Of a stretch of 64,000 nucleotides of DNA, positions 34,997-48,750 are shown piece by piece. The translations under genes and the position numbers were made by a program. Source of the DNA: Selaginella moellendorffii (Eukaryota > Plantae > Lycopodiophyta); the NCBI RefSeq assembly GCF_000143415.4, contig NW_003314262.1:344610-408609 (forward strand), written 5' to 3'. Under the pieces are notes generated by a model. That model was given only the letters and a program-made list of their open reading frames with translations, was not told where the DNA came from and did not search any database. Each line of letters starts with the position of its first letter. The first letter of the stretch is position 1.

Positions 34997-37900
34997 TATA
35001 GCACATGTGGATTTTACCCTTTATCCTATAGTGATTTACCATAGGATAACCACGAAGCAGAATTTAAACCCTCCATATGCCATATGCCATATGCCACATA
35101 TCCAAAGGACAGTGGTGTGAAACCTAAGTTTCAAGGCCTTAGGCCATTGAGCGAAGGTACGGAGCCAAAATCCTAAACATAGAGCATAGAGCCAAGGAGT
35201 GACAGAATTGGACCATGAAGCAACTCCGAAGCATATAGCCCAAGGAGCGAAAAGACAAGAGCACAGAGCGGCTTGGAACAATCCTAAAGCATTTAACATC
35301 CCAATGTCAAGACCAACATGCAAAACGGAATTAATGGCCTAACATGAGAATATGGGTACTTCACCAACTAGCATAGTATAGAACTTGGGCTTAAACCCAA
35401 GTTGGACGCAGAACAAAGACAGGCACGCAAGTGAGAGCTAAACTATGCCTTACATTTGTCAACCTTACTATCCCTATTATACATTATATATTCCCCCCCC
35501 CCCCCAAAGAACACACACTTTGGCACTTCACCCCATGCCTCCCTTAGTACCAGGAGTTGGTCTTTGGGACAAGCTTGAAACTTATTAAATATGGAATGTC
35601 TCTAGATTGTGAATTTGGATACAAAATGAACGCTATTATATTTAGGACAATCTCTACATTCTATAGATATGCCAAATGAACAAATCTAGACACTTTCCAT
35701 AATTAGCATTTGGGACCAGAATGAAACTAACACAAAGGTACGATAGCAAAGGTGTTTGACATGGTAAGCTATCATCTAGTGAGTATTGAGGGACCAATCT
35801 CAATATCGCAGGGGTTCCCAACACTAGCAAGTGTAAGTTAGCGAATGAGTTTCTCTAACCAAGTTAAGTATGCTTGACTAATAGCTTAGGAATTCCATCC
35901 TTATGCTCATCTGGTCAAGTGCACATGTAAAGACTAGTTTCGCAACTAGCTTAGGTGGAGATTGATAACGGGTCTAGCAATACTGACCTCCTATCGTTGT
36001 GGCAGTAAGGAAAGAATATCCAAAAGGATTAGCTAATAGGTAACTTTTGATACTCAAAATCATATTCGTGACACTCTCCCCCCTTAAGGAAATTGATGTC
36101 CTTGTCGATGCATACTCGAGTCTAGAACACTGCCAAGGAAACAACTCACACTATGTGAGAAATGCATCAACTTATATGAGTTAGGGTAACCTCTTTGTTT
36201 AACACGGATGTGCTACCAACTCAGACACCTTTCGGTTGTTGCCAACAAGGAAATGACCAATAGAGTTAGCCACCCTTGCTACTCTAAGTGTCACCTAGCT
36301 TAAAAAAGTGTGATACGTTCCTGCCCATAGGGACGTAAAGAGAGAAGCCAAAGGCCCCAACCCTCTTGAGCAAAGAAACCAAACCCATCGGTAAGGTTTA
36401 GATAGACTATTGTAAACAAACAGTTAGAGTTGTTTACACAGTCACACCCTTTTAACGAAATAAAGAACATCGACAAAAAGGCGAGTGATGTGACCAGTTG
36501 ACAGTAGTTACCCCATGATTAGAGATTTTACCATGCGTACGAAGTGCCGAAGTTAGTCTACCTATACTGGCCCAAACTCAAAGATCAATAATTGGACAAT
36601 ATCAAAGTCATAGACAATGATATCTTAGACACTTAATTATAAGTGAATAAATTTTAGATTAGAACACAAAAGTATTCCAAGTAAGTTATCATCCGATAAA
36701 CTAGTGTTATAGTACAAAAACCACCAAGATCACTAGAGCTGGAAAACATAGGATTAACTATCCAATAGTATTTAATAGCCAATGTATCATCAAAGAAAAC
36801 TTAATAATAAAACTTCACTATCAAATATTGTAGATAGCATGCTAGACAACTTACATAAGATAACTCAAAGAACACAAAGTATCATTGACTAGCAAGCAAA
36901 ATGCTCACGAATATATCACCTAAAGAAAATATCATTCAATCTATCAAAACCAACCATAGCAATAATCATTAAAACAGAATGAATATCCCAAAGCAAATAA
37001 ACACTTGTTCATATTAACTATTGCACCAGCCAATCTAAATAGATTTTAGTTACCCATACTAAAGAACTCAAGTTGCTCAAGCAAGTGTTAGCAGCATCCT
37101 ATTGATATCTTAAACCCAAGAGACCAATCTAAAGCAAACCACAAAGAATATGTGGTAATATGAAAAGCCAAAAACCATAAAAGAGAATAACTAACTATCA
37201 AGAAAGATCATCAATCATCCCATCAATGAAGAGATGCATATTCATCGTTGAAGAAAGAATCTACTATCCCGAAGAACGGTAAATCACTCTAAATCAACAA
37301 TAATCAAGCAAAATTTTTTGACAAGAATAATTAACTATCCTAGATGACAATCAATCATCACCAATGATTGTTAGATGCAAATACTAACTTCAACATGGAA
37401 GTTACAAGCCAAAATGTCTTCCCCAACAACTTCTAATAAATAAAACAATGAGCATAAAACTCAAAGAACCAAAAGCTCGAAGAAGCCTATAGCCAAGTTT
37501 TTCTTAACAATGATCACAAGTTTCGCATGAACTAATTTCAATGTTAAAGAAGAAATCATGGTATAACCCACAATATCCTCCACAACACATCTATAAGCTA
37601 AACTTTATAATGTAAAGCTAATAAAGAGTATATATGCATCAATATAAAAGCCAAGCACAATGAAGTTATGCTCAACTAGTGATTATCAAACCAATCCTCC
37701 ATGAATCCATCTATCACAAAATGTAACTCACTCCTGATCAGCAATTGGATAAGCTTAAGAAAATTTATGGAAAATTTTCCATCCTAAAGAAAGAATGACT
37801 CTAAGTCTAGGAATACAAACTTTTAAGACTCAATCAACTTCCTCCTGCCAACAACTTTATGTAAGTTCACTTTAACATAGGTTCTCATGACCCAATAGTA

Positions 37901-40900
37901 TATCTGTAAACAACCAAAGGGAACGACTTGAGAGACGATCCATGGGGTTCAAATATAGAGGGAAAGGGCCTATGAACAAGAGTGCACCCCCTTTTCCAAT
38001 CGGTTAAGGGTCTTAGGATATTTGGAGTTAAGCGTCCTTGGGTTTGAATAGTACTGGGCTAGGTGACCTCCCGGAAAGTCCAAACTCAGGAGCTTACATT
38101 TGGTATCAGAGAGGTCTCGGGTCCGACTCTGTTGGTTGGTTAAAGGAATCACACCACATGTTGATTGACATCTGGCTGGTCCATTTTGCTCCCGCTGGGC
38201 TCGACCCGAGGGGTAGGGTGTCAAGAGAGCGGGGCTCTCGGGAGAGCTGCGGCTCTCAGCTTCCGTTCACGAGGGTGTGAACTTGCAGGGAAGCGTGGTG
38301 GATTGTAAGCAACCAAAGGGAACGACTTGAGAGACGATCCATGGGGTTCAAATATAGAGGGAAAGGGCCCATGAACAAGAGTGCACCCCCTTTTCCAATT
38401 GGTTAAGGGTCTTGGGATATTTGGAGTTAAGCGTCCTTGGGTTTGAATAGTATTGGGCTGGGTGACCTCCCGGAAAGTCCAAACTCAGGAACTTACAATA
38501 TCTAAGCATTGAATATCTTACCCATATTTCGACATCCAACACCGACATCCACAAATGCAAAATAAACATCTAATACTTGATCACGAAGACCACATCTTTG
38601 GATATTTACATTGCACTTAACACTTTTCTTCAATCACCTTCAAGACCTAATGTGAAGCCAAAACACTAACAAGGAAAATGACATAGAAAATCAAGGTCTA
38701 AGGAAAATTCCTCATCACTCGAAATAATAATGCCACTTCCACCAACATAAGTGCTAGTGATGTCAATGCCTCAACTATACACTTCTCTATCTAATAATCT
38801 ACTCCAAATGTTAATAGATAAACCAGCAAGCTATAGCAAATGAATGTTATAACTCTTTCCAACCCCTCAATGGGCAAACTCAAGGAAATAAGGTACCAAT
38901 AAATGCTTAGCATATCATAAATCACTATTAAGAACCAAGTTAAAATTACGTCAATGTTATTACTTGCAAGTAGACTAATTTCACTATAAACACTTTAGGG
39001 TTGATCATTGTTTAACCAAACAATTTCGCAAACACATTGCTCACTACCACATGGATATGATATAGAAATCACAATGACTTGATTATCAATCAAGCAACAC
39101 TACAATCTATGTCATTAATTACAAAGGTTTTTGTGAGTATCAAATATCAACTTGATTCGACAAAATGCAACATAAATGCCACACTCCACTAATAGAGATT
39201 TACAACACCTAATACCACTAACTTTTGTTCACAACACAAACAAGCTCATGCCACTCTCTTTCTGACCAAACTCAATACTAATCCAACACTAAGCTACTCA
39301 AGGAGCAATAGCAAGGCCCTAGAAAATAAATGAACATTGCAACCTAAGTCTTCAATAGCAAGCCTAGACAAAATGGTATAGCGCTTCATCGCTATCCATC
39401 CTACAACTCACCATTTGTAAGACCATTATTTCCAACATGCATCAAGATGGGGACTCTTGATTGTATAATGTGAACACTTCGTTGCAAATCATCTTTCCAA
39501 GAAGAAAAGATGATTTACTTATTTAATCCTTTGTCCCTGATAACTCTCTTTTTGGTCTCATCTTTGACTAAACCTCAAGCTTGCATTCGCACTGCCTTCA
39601 GTTCAATCCAAGAAAAGTTTATGAGAGAATACGGCAATGATTACTTGATGAATAGACTCATCCCTACAATCTTGATTGATCCACTTATAATCATGCCTAG
39701 GAAGGATTCACTAGAGCTGTGCTAAACAACTACGGACCAGCCTATTTGCCACTTATAGCAAACCTAGGGGAAGTTTATTTTAACCCACAGTATATGGAAC
39801 CACTCATAGTAACCCTTAATAAGCTAATATTAATCTTGCTAACTCAAAGTGTAGCCTTGAATTGCTAATGCACCTCTCTCACAAGCCCAAGCACAAACTC
39901 ATGCAAATGGAACTTTTCAATCCATCTTATGAGCCCAAGAGCAAGCTCATATAATCTAGTATGAAAAGGTAACTAAAATCTATACCCAAGAAACAAATGC
40001 AAAGTCTTAGCACCCAACCATATACCCACTCGAATCATCATTTTCATCTCTACATATATAACGAGACTAATTGCCCAATCTCATTGGATAGTACTTGCTG
40101 AGATATTCTTATGTAGCGCACGTGGTTTTTACCCTTATCCTATGGTGATTTACCATAAGACAACTACGAAGCGGAACCTAAACCCTCCATATGCCACGTG
40201 TCACATGCCACATATCCAAAGGACAGTGGTGCAGAACCCGAGTTTCAAGGCCTTGGGCCATTGAACGAAGGTACGGAGCCAAACTCCTAAGCATGGAGCC
40301 AAGGAGCGACGAAACTGAACCACAGAGTAACTCCAGAGCATACAGCCTAAGGAGTGAAAGGACAAGAGCACAGAGCGGCTTGGAATAGTCCCAAAGCATT
40401 TAGCATCCCAATGCCAGGACTAACACGCAAAATGAATCCAAATGGAGTCTAGCGCTATTTCAGCATACCAGTGGTCTAACGCAAAGATATGGGTACTCCA
40501 CCAGCTAGCATAGTATGGAACTTGGGTTTAGACCCAAGCCAGATGTAGAACAAGGACAAACATGCAAGTGGGAGCTAAACTCTACCTTAAATTCGTCAAC
40601 CATGCCTGATCTACCTATTATCCTTACTATATATTTGGAACCCCCTACACACTTTGGGCTTTCACCCCAAGTTTCCCTTAGTACCAGGAGTTAGTGTAAG
40701 TGACTAAATTTTCCATTCTACTTTAGTCACTTAACTACACCTCTGACCACTTGGAGGAGTCTCACTCACAACCTCCACAAGTTATATTTAAAGCTTCAAA
40801 ACTCACCGAGTAGTATGACCAACCAAGTTTTTCCATTTCAATAATGAAGTAACTATAATCTGATCACCTTTTAATAACATCCAAGAACCATGTAGATATG

Positions 40901-41674
40901 CATGAAGTTTCTTGAAACCCTAAACTATTGCTAAACACTCCTTCTTTGTTATGGAGTAGTTCACCTCTATTGGTTGTAATGTATGGTTAATATATACAAT
41001 GACTGACCAGACACACTTGAGCTCTTTTGCATTAACACACCTCCAAGATTGATATTAAAAGCATCTACATGCAAAATGAAAGGTTGAGTGTAGTCAAGAT
41101 ACGTCAAAACTAAAGAAGTCGTCAATAGCTCTTTGAGATTCACAAATGCTATCGCGAATGTGACTTTGGGTATAGAAAGTTACTTGTTGGCTAGTCTTTT
41201 CATATATTCTTTCCTTACTACCACAATGGCAAGAGGTCGGTATTGCTAGACTCATTATCAATCTCTGCCTAAACTAATTGAGAAACTGGTCTTCATGTGT
41301 GCACTTGACCAGATGAGCATAAGGACGGAATTCCTAAGTGCTATCAGTTAAGTATACTTGACCTAGTTAGAGAAACTCATTTATTGACTTGCCCTTGCTA
41401 GTGTTGGGAACCCCCGCGATATTGAGATTGGTCCTTCAATATTCACTAAATAATAGCTTACCGTGTTTGCCAAACACTCTTGCTATCATACCCTTTGTAT
41501 TAGTCTCATTCTGGTCCCAAATGCTAATTATGGAAAGTGTCTAGATTTGTTCATTTGGCATATTTATGGAATGTAGAGATTGTTCTAAACACAATGGTGT
41601 TTGTTTCGTGTCCAAATTCATAATCTAGAGACATTCCATATTTAGTAAGTTTTGAGCTTGTCCCAGAGACAAAT
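34997..41674 (-). mobile_element. LTR retrotransposon family A copy 2
   Basis: LTR 34997-36073 with PPT; second LTR 40112-40694 plus inverted remainder 41150-41669; flanks GTGTT/GCATT fit a deaminated GCGTT duplication. Confidence 0.8.
37905..38497 (+). mobile_element. Cassandra-type TRIM with 5S rRNA-derived LTR segment
   Basis: 194-bp TG...CA LTRs 37905-38098 and 38304-38497; PBS TGGTATCAGAG at 38101; purine tract; TSD ATATC; AGTTAAGCGT...AGTACTGGGCTGGGTGACCTCCCGGAAAGTCC is 5S A/C-box like. Confidence 0.92.
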
Positions 41675-42750
41675 TGTGAGACATGAATAAGAAAAGGGAC
41701 ACAAGAGGACCAATACATGACATGTGGCAGAGTCCGAGACCAAGACCGAGACTGGGACTGAGACCGAGACTGAGGCTGAGACCGAGACTGAGACCGAGTC
41801 CGAGTCCGAGTCCGAGTCTGAGTTTGAGTCCAAATCCAAGTCTAAGTCCGAGGGTGAAAGCCCAAAGCATTCATCTCCCAAACGCTGAGGGGTTTGGTGA
41901 GCTCCAAAAATATAGTAAGGGGAGGACTCCAATAGAGCTAGTTTAGCTAGGAAAGGCCAGTGTGACCAAGGAAGGCTATACCCATGTGGTGGGTGATAAT
42001 AAAACCATTGAAGAATCCAAGACTAAAATGAATATGGATAGACAAGTGGGGTAGCTTGGTGAAATGTTCAAGAGCTAGCTTTAGCTACCCCAGGAGATCG
42101 AATGGTCAATGCTCCCAATCTAAGTGTGGGTGGCACTACCTACCTAGATGCCTAGTGTGGCTCATTGGAACCTTGCTTTAGCCACATGGCTAGGGCACCT
42201 AAAGGCGGAAGGTGGAGAGAGTACTTATAAGGCTTGCATAGGGCCACAGTGTTTCAAAATGTTGTCCCAAAGTTCCAGACTGTGGAAAAGAAGATGAGTA
42301 GTCCTCTAATGTAGTGATCAAAGATACGGTCACATGGTGAGGAAGTCCTAGAGGACAATAGAACTTAGTGGTCAGGCTTTTGGGCTTTGACTTAGTGGTG
42401 GTGTTGGCAAGCATGGCCGTGGATGAAAAGGGACTTGGTAGAGACAGAAGAAGGGACATTGGGGAAGGGTGCTCTTCATGTCTCTGGGCATCCTAAAGGT
42501 GCTAAGGCTTGGTCAAGAGATGACCACTCATGAATGGATGGCCCAGTCTGTGAGAGACAGGACTGTGATGCAGGTGGTGTTGGATCACTAGTGTAACAAA
42601 GGTGAATGTGCATGGCTTTAGCATAATGGGCTAATATGCCAATGGTATCTTTGGGTGTCGATCATGGGATCAGACATGTGGAGCACTTAGACCAAATGCA
42701 AAGTTTGAGTGGCATGTATGCCATTCTCGAGGCTAGCAAGCCCCAAGTCT
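40695..42750. mobile_element. Family B solo LTR split by an inversion
   Basis: 40695-40782 is the reverse complement of the B LTR end; 41675-42750 is the B LTR start in forward orientation. Confidence 0.75.
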
Positions 42751-44307
42751 AATGATTTTGATATTGTTCATTGCCCAAAGAGTTCTATGGCTGATGTTGA
42801 TGCCCTTTCTCGAGCTCCTCTTCCTTCTTTGCTCTTTTATCATATTTCTAATGAACTTGTTATTCCAACATCAATAGATTTTTTAGATGAGGATTCCATT
42901 GTAAGGAACCGACTCCCCGAGATGTCGTAGGCTAAAGGATCCCCGAAAGCATGACCAAAATGACAAAGAGTTCATCGGATGGGACCGAGTTGAACATCGA
43001 GTCCAAGACCGACTCTGAGACCGAGTTCGAGATAGAGTCCAGGATCGAGCTGAGGCCAAATCGGAGACCGAGATCAAGACCGAGTTTGAGACGGAGTCCG
43101 AGATCCAAATCGTGTCCAAAACCAAGTCCGAGGTTGAGTCCGAAGTCGAGTCTGAGATCGGGTCTGAGATTGAGTCCGAGATCGAGTCCAAGACCGAATC
43201 TGAAGTCGGGTCGGGTCCAAGATCGAGTCCGAGATCGAATTTGAGACTAAGTCCAAATACTAATACGGGTCAAGGGGTGAAATCCCAAAGCGTGCGTCTC
43301 CCGGGGGGGCGGGAGGGGGTGCTGTAGGGGGTTCCAAAAGTATAGTAGGGATAGTGAGGTCCAGGAACCAGTCATGAAGGAACTCTCTAGAGGTGCTTCC
43401 AAACTGACTTGAGGTTGAGACTGGGGCCGAGGGGCCTTAGGTGGGAGTGAGCATGGGCTTGGGTGGTGCCAATGGGGCCACCCAAGGAAGTGCTCAAGAG
43501 CAACTCCCACTCCCGAAAAGGAAACCGACTACGGTGCTTCTGGCTCATGTGGAGTGGTGCCCCACTTGAGTACCTTGTGGCTCATTGGTCCTCGCCCTTC
43601 CTAGGGGCTTGGGCCTTCCCTTTGGGATAGAAGTGGGGGGGTAGAGGTACCCATACCGGGCCGTTAGGCCACGGTGTTTCGCCCCGATGTCCCAAAGCAA
43701 GTGTTGCACCCAAGGCTTGGGATTTAGAGAGTCCCATGATCAAGTCTTGTGGTACCAAGGGGTGTTAGGAACATGAAGGCTTGGTGTGCTTGGCTGCTTG
43801 TGCCTGCGGGGAGTGTAGCCGAACCTTAAGTCCAGTCTAACCTGGGGAGGGGGATTGGGAGAGATTTGGGAATCTGTGGATGGATGGCTAACGCTCCATT
43901 GCTCGTGCAATGAGTAGCTAAAACCAAGTAGGACCAAGTAAGAGCTAGTACAATAGGCGGGAACCTTGGCAAGGGAACTTAGCACAAGCCAAGGCAGTGT
44001 TGGTCGGATAGATGAGGTAAGCTAGCAAATTGGAAAGGAAAAATTTGTGGCTTACAATTTGGTATTGGAGCCTCTTCCTCAGTTCTAGCGAAGGATAGAG
44101 GCGGATTGCTGGGAGATGGCAAAGGCAAGGCGTAAGCGAACCCAGGCGGAGACAGAACCTCCGCCAGAGCTGGAGCCTCCAGTCGAACAAGAGGCTATGG
44201 ATGAGCAATTCTTGCATGAGGAGGACTCTAGTGAGGAAACTTCTAAACAGGAGTCCGGTGGCGAGGTTCGGTCGTCCAAGGCTCAATTGGACATTCTATA
44301 AGGACAA

Positions 44308-45369
44308 TTGGCACAGACCAATGCCCTATTGGAGACTCTCGTACGCAAGCTAAAGCGTGACGAGAAACGGAAGAAAAAGAGAAAGACTGCGGATGCTGGC
44401 AGCGCAGAAGGTGTGGACCCTTCGGCAAGGACTGAGGCAAAACCAGACAAGGTTGAACAGACTGAAGTGGAATCAGTCCCTCAGGCAGTTCCCAAGTACA
44501 AACCAAAGCCCCCACCGGTCTTCAAGGGAGTGAACGACTATAAGGTGGTGGAGGATTGGTTTTACGATATGGAGGACTACTTCCGAGCATTGCGGTTACC
44601 AAGCTCGGAGAAGGTCCCATATGCAAAACCATACTTGGCAGATAATGCTAAGTCTTGGTGGAGAACGACAGAGGCCAACAAAGGACTGGTGGCCACTTGG
44701 GAAATTATGAAGGCGAGGATCCACGCAACTTACGTTCCTCCGAATGCTACTCTACATCTAAGGGTCGAGCTGAGTAGGCTGAAGCAAACCGGAACCATTC
44801 AGGAGTATGTGAATGGGTTTATGGCAAAGAAGATACTTGTCACGAACATGGGGGATATGGATGCGTTCCCTGCCTTCATATCAGGTTTGCAAACCTGGGC
44901 TCGCGGTGAGGTGATGCGTTGGAACCCAACCAACTACAAGGAAGTGTTGGATGCAACCATCAAGGTGTATTTCAACGATAACCTGCGAAAGGGGAACACA
45001 ACGGGGTCGGGGTCCACGTTTTGCAAAGGGGCAAAACCAAGAGGAACGTTTAGCAGAGGGAAATTCAAGAAGAGTTTCTCTAAGAATGAGTCCTCGGGGT
45101 TCCGAAAAGGCAAATCTGGTGGCCAGCGAGCAAGTACGTGGGGGAGTCAAGCAAAAAGAGACAAACCCACGGATAAGAAGGTCAAACCGTATAGCAGTGT
45201 GGGGAACAACGTATGCTACAACTGCGGCGAAGCGGGACACTTTTCGAGGGAATGTCCTTACCCGAAGAAGGCTAGAGCCAATATAGCTATCAAGTTGAGT
45301 GAAATCCAAACTGAGGTATATAATCCAGTCCTAACTCAAAGTTACTCATTACACGAGCAACTTTGGTAA
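44308..45369 (+). CDS. gag: Gag with CCHC zinc knuckle (true start probably ATG 44116, with a stop at 44299)
   Basis: PPVFKG...WF..ME; CYNCGEAGHFSREC. Confidence 0.85.
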   Translation: MAQTNALLETLVRKLKRDEKRKKKRKTADAGSAEGVDPSARTEAKPDKVEQTEVESVPQAVPKYKPKPPPVFKGVNDYKVVEDWFYDMEDYFRALRLPSSEKVPYAKPYLADNAKSWWRTTEANKGLVATWEIMKARIHATYVPPNATLHLRVELSRLKQTGTIQEYVNGFMAKKILVTNMGDMDAFPAFISGLQTWARGEVMRWNPTNYKEVLDATIKVYFNDNLRKGNTTGSGSTFCKGAKPRGTFSRGKFKKSFSKNESSGFRKGKSGGQRASTWGSQAKRDKPTDKKVKPYSSVGNNVCYNCGEAGHFSRECPYPKKARANIAIKLSEIQTEVYNPVLTQSYSLHEQLW

Positions 45370-45371
45370 AG

Positions 45372-48300
45372 AGTCGTTCGCGACATCTACTAGCCCTCCG
45401 AGGGAAGCTCGGAGGTAGCTTTGTTAAGATCCTTATTGACACGGGTGCTTCAGATAATTTTGTGCTGCAGACATAGTCCGGCAAGCCGGACTAACGGTGC
45501 AGTGGCTAGGGGAACCAAGGACGATAGAGTTTGTTCAAGGTAGCCAAAGCACCGATGAGGTACTTCGACAAGCAAGAGTCGAAGTAGGGACATGGAAAGT
45601 GGATATGGATTTCACCGTGTTGGACATGGCGGGATTTGATGTGATCTTCAGAATGGACTAGTTCAATCGGTTTGTAGTAGCCCTGCATGGACAAGGTAGA
45701 AACCTTGTGGTACTAGCGAATGCCCAAGGAAGAAGATCTAGGGTGGAGGCCCAAGATCTAAAGGTAGGGCAAAGCAAGGCCAAAGATTCCTGCTTAAACC
45801 TGGTGTCTACGAGAGGACAACTCACTAAAGGAACTAAGGCAGCATTTTTGTGCTTACTCTCGGTGAAGAGTGACAAAAAGACAAAAACAAAAGAAGTACC
45901 TTTAGTGATCCAGCGGGTGTTGGACCAATTCCAGGATACCATGCCGGAGGAGCTACCGGCAGGGTTGCCCCCCGCACGACCAATAGAACATAAGATTGAG
46001 CTGGTCGAGGGTGCTGAGGCCGTGGTTCATCCCCCCTATCGTTTGAACAAAAAAGAACTCGAGGAGCTCAAGTGCCAGCTAGGAGTTGGTGGACAAAGGG
46101 TATGTTAGGTTGAGCAAGTCGCCGTATGGGGCGCCGGTGTTATTTGTGAAAAAGAAAGATGGATCTATGCGCATGTGCATAGACTACCGGTTGCTCAACA
46201 AATATACAAAGAAGAACAAGTACCCTTTGCCAAGGATTGAGGACATGTTTGATAGGCTGGGAAAGGCAAAATACTTTTCGAGGATTCACCTAAGGTCGGG
46301 ATACTATTAAATCAAGGTAGCAAAGGAAGATGTTGAGAAAACAACCTGTCAAACTAGGTATGGGAGGTTTGAGTTTCTAGTGATGCCCTTTGGGCTATGC
46401 AATGCGCCGGCAACATTTTTGGCGTTGATGAACCATATCTTTGTACCCTATCTAGATCACTTCATGGTCGTTTATATCAACGACATCCTGATCTATAGCA
46501 AGACGCTAGAGGATCATGCCGAACACTTGGCGAAAGTGTTTGAGAAGCTAAGGGAACACAAACTGTATGCTAAAGAGAGCAAATGTGACTTTGCTCAACA
46601 AAAGGTAAAGTTTCTTGGGCATGTGGTGGGCCAGGACGGGCTCAAGGTGGACCCAGAGAAGGTCCAAGCGATCCAGGAATGGGAGCGACCATTGAATATA
46701 CATGAGTTGAGGGCATTCTTGGGGCTATGCAACTACTACCGAAAGTTTACTAAACTTTGGTAAGGACTTTGAGGTAGAAATGGACGCTTCGGACTTTGCG
46801 TTGGGCGCAGTTTTGAAGCAAGACAACCACCCAGTAGCGTTCTTCTCGAAGAAGTTGGACAAGGCTCAACAGAAGTGACCTGCCCACGAGAAAGAATTGT
46901 TTGCGGTGGTCAAGGTGCTCAAGGAGTGGTGACACTACCTTGGGAGACACTTCAATGTTTACACGGACAATGTGGCAACGAAACACTTCTTGTCACAGCC
47001 CGACCTGAAAGGGAACCAGGGTCGGTGGGCCAATGCTTTGGCCGAGTTTAATTGCGAGATTCTATACAAGCCTGGGAAGAGCAACATCGTGGCAGATGCC
47101 CTAAGTCGAAAAGCGAGCTTGAAGTTGGCGATATCCAGCGCAACAGCAACCTTTTGGGACGATGTGCGGACAGCATACGAGAACGATGGTCTAGCACAAG
47201 AAGTGTTGCTGAGGAATCTAGAGGCACGGGAAGCTCACCAGAGAGGTGAGCTGCCAATGGAAGAGAAAACCGGCTATGTGGAACACAACAGACTCATTTA
47301 TTACAAGCAAACAAGGGTATATGTTCCAGAAGGGGAACTAAGGAAGGTAGCCTTAGAAGAGTGTCATGACAGACCTCTTGCGGGACACAGCGGAGTGCCC
47401 AAGATGATGGGCTTACTCAAAAGGAAGTACCACTGGCCAGATATGGCTAAGGACGTCCAAGACTATGTAAAGACATGTCCAACATGTCAGCAGATAAAAG
47501 CCGTGACTAAGGCTAGTGGGGGCTTGTTACAAAGCATCCTAATTCCAGATCGTCCGTGGAAATGTCTTACAATGGACTTCATCATGGGACTCCCCCCAAG
47601 CGAAGGGTTTGATGTGATATTTATGGTGGTGGACCGATTTTCGAAAATGGCACATTTCATACCCACCACAACGGAAGTGGATGCGGAAGGTGTGGCAAAG
47701 TTGTTCTTTGAACAAGTGGTTCGAGTGCGGGGAAGGCCGGAAGAGATCATCTCAGATCGAGATAAGATCTTCACTAGTAGGTTCTGGAGGACTCTCCTGG
47801 AACAGTATCGCACCAAGTTCAAATTCAGTACAGCCTATCACCCACAGACAGGTATGGGGTATTAAATCAAGTTTGTTGGCACTAACACTTCTTGACAGAC
47901 GGACAAACGGAAAGGGTGAATAGGCAGCTGAAGGATTATTTGCGATGTTATGTCTCAAGAGACCAGACCAATTGGGTAAGTCATTTGGGACTTGCGGAAA
48001 TGTGTTATAACAACTCACCACATTCGAGTATCGGGGTGAGTCCATGGGAAGTCATCAATGGGTGAGCTATTGAAAGTCCTGTGGAGCTTGGTGTGGCTGA
48101 GTACCATGGAGAGTTACCTGCAGTGGAGGCATTCACAGCGGAAAGACTCAGCATTTGGAATCTAGTGAGGGATTCCTTGGAACGGGCTCAACAAAGGCAA
48201 ACCAAATACGCGAACCAGAAGCATCGGGATGTAGAGTTCCAAGCCGGGGAGAAGGTGTGGCTGAACACCAAGAACCTCAGGCTACCAAGTGGGATCAGCC

Positions 48301-48750
48301 GAAAGTTGACCCAAAGGTAAAAATGCATGTATTCCTGTAAATGAATTAATCTTGAGTTCCTTAAGTAGGTTCGCGGGGCCTTACGAGATTGAGGCACGAA
48401 TCGGTAAAGTGGCTTACCATCTCTGACTTCCTCAAGAGATGGGGAAGATGCACCCAGTGTTCCACGTGAACTTACTCAAGCCGTACTTTGAGGATCCACT
48501 TCGCAAGGACCAAGTGAGACCTTTACCTGAGGTTATCCAAGGGGAAGAGGAATACGAAGTCGAGGCCATCCTCAATGTGCGCAAGAGCAAGCGACAAGGA
48601 TGCAAGGTGAAAGAGTTCCATGTGAAGTGGAAAGGATTTCCACACTGCGAGGCAACATGGGAACCGAAGGAGAATCTAGCGAATGCGCGAAATCTAGTGG
48701 AGGAATTTCTGCAAGGTAGAACTCTATGTACTTATGCAAAGTTCAATTAA
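45372..48750 (+). pseudogene. pol: Pol (PR-RT-RNase H-IN-chromodomain), disrupted, with intron-like inserts
   Basis: LIDTGA; RMCIDYR; VYINDI; ADALSR; HHCC; MDF..D; EYEVEAIL...VKWKG...TWEP; stops, frameshift and a deletion at ~46755. Confidence 0.9.

Noticed and set aside
38025-38082. 5S rRNA gene
   Set aside because: Only the internal promoter part is present, embedded in TRIM LTRs
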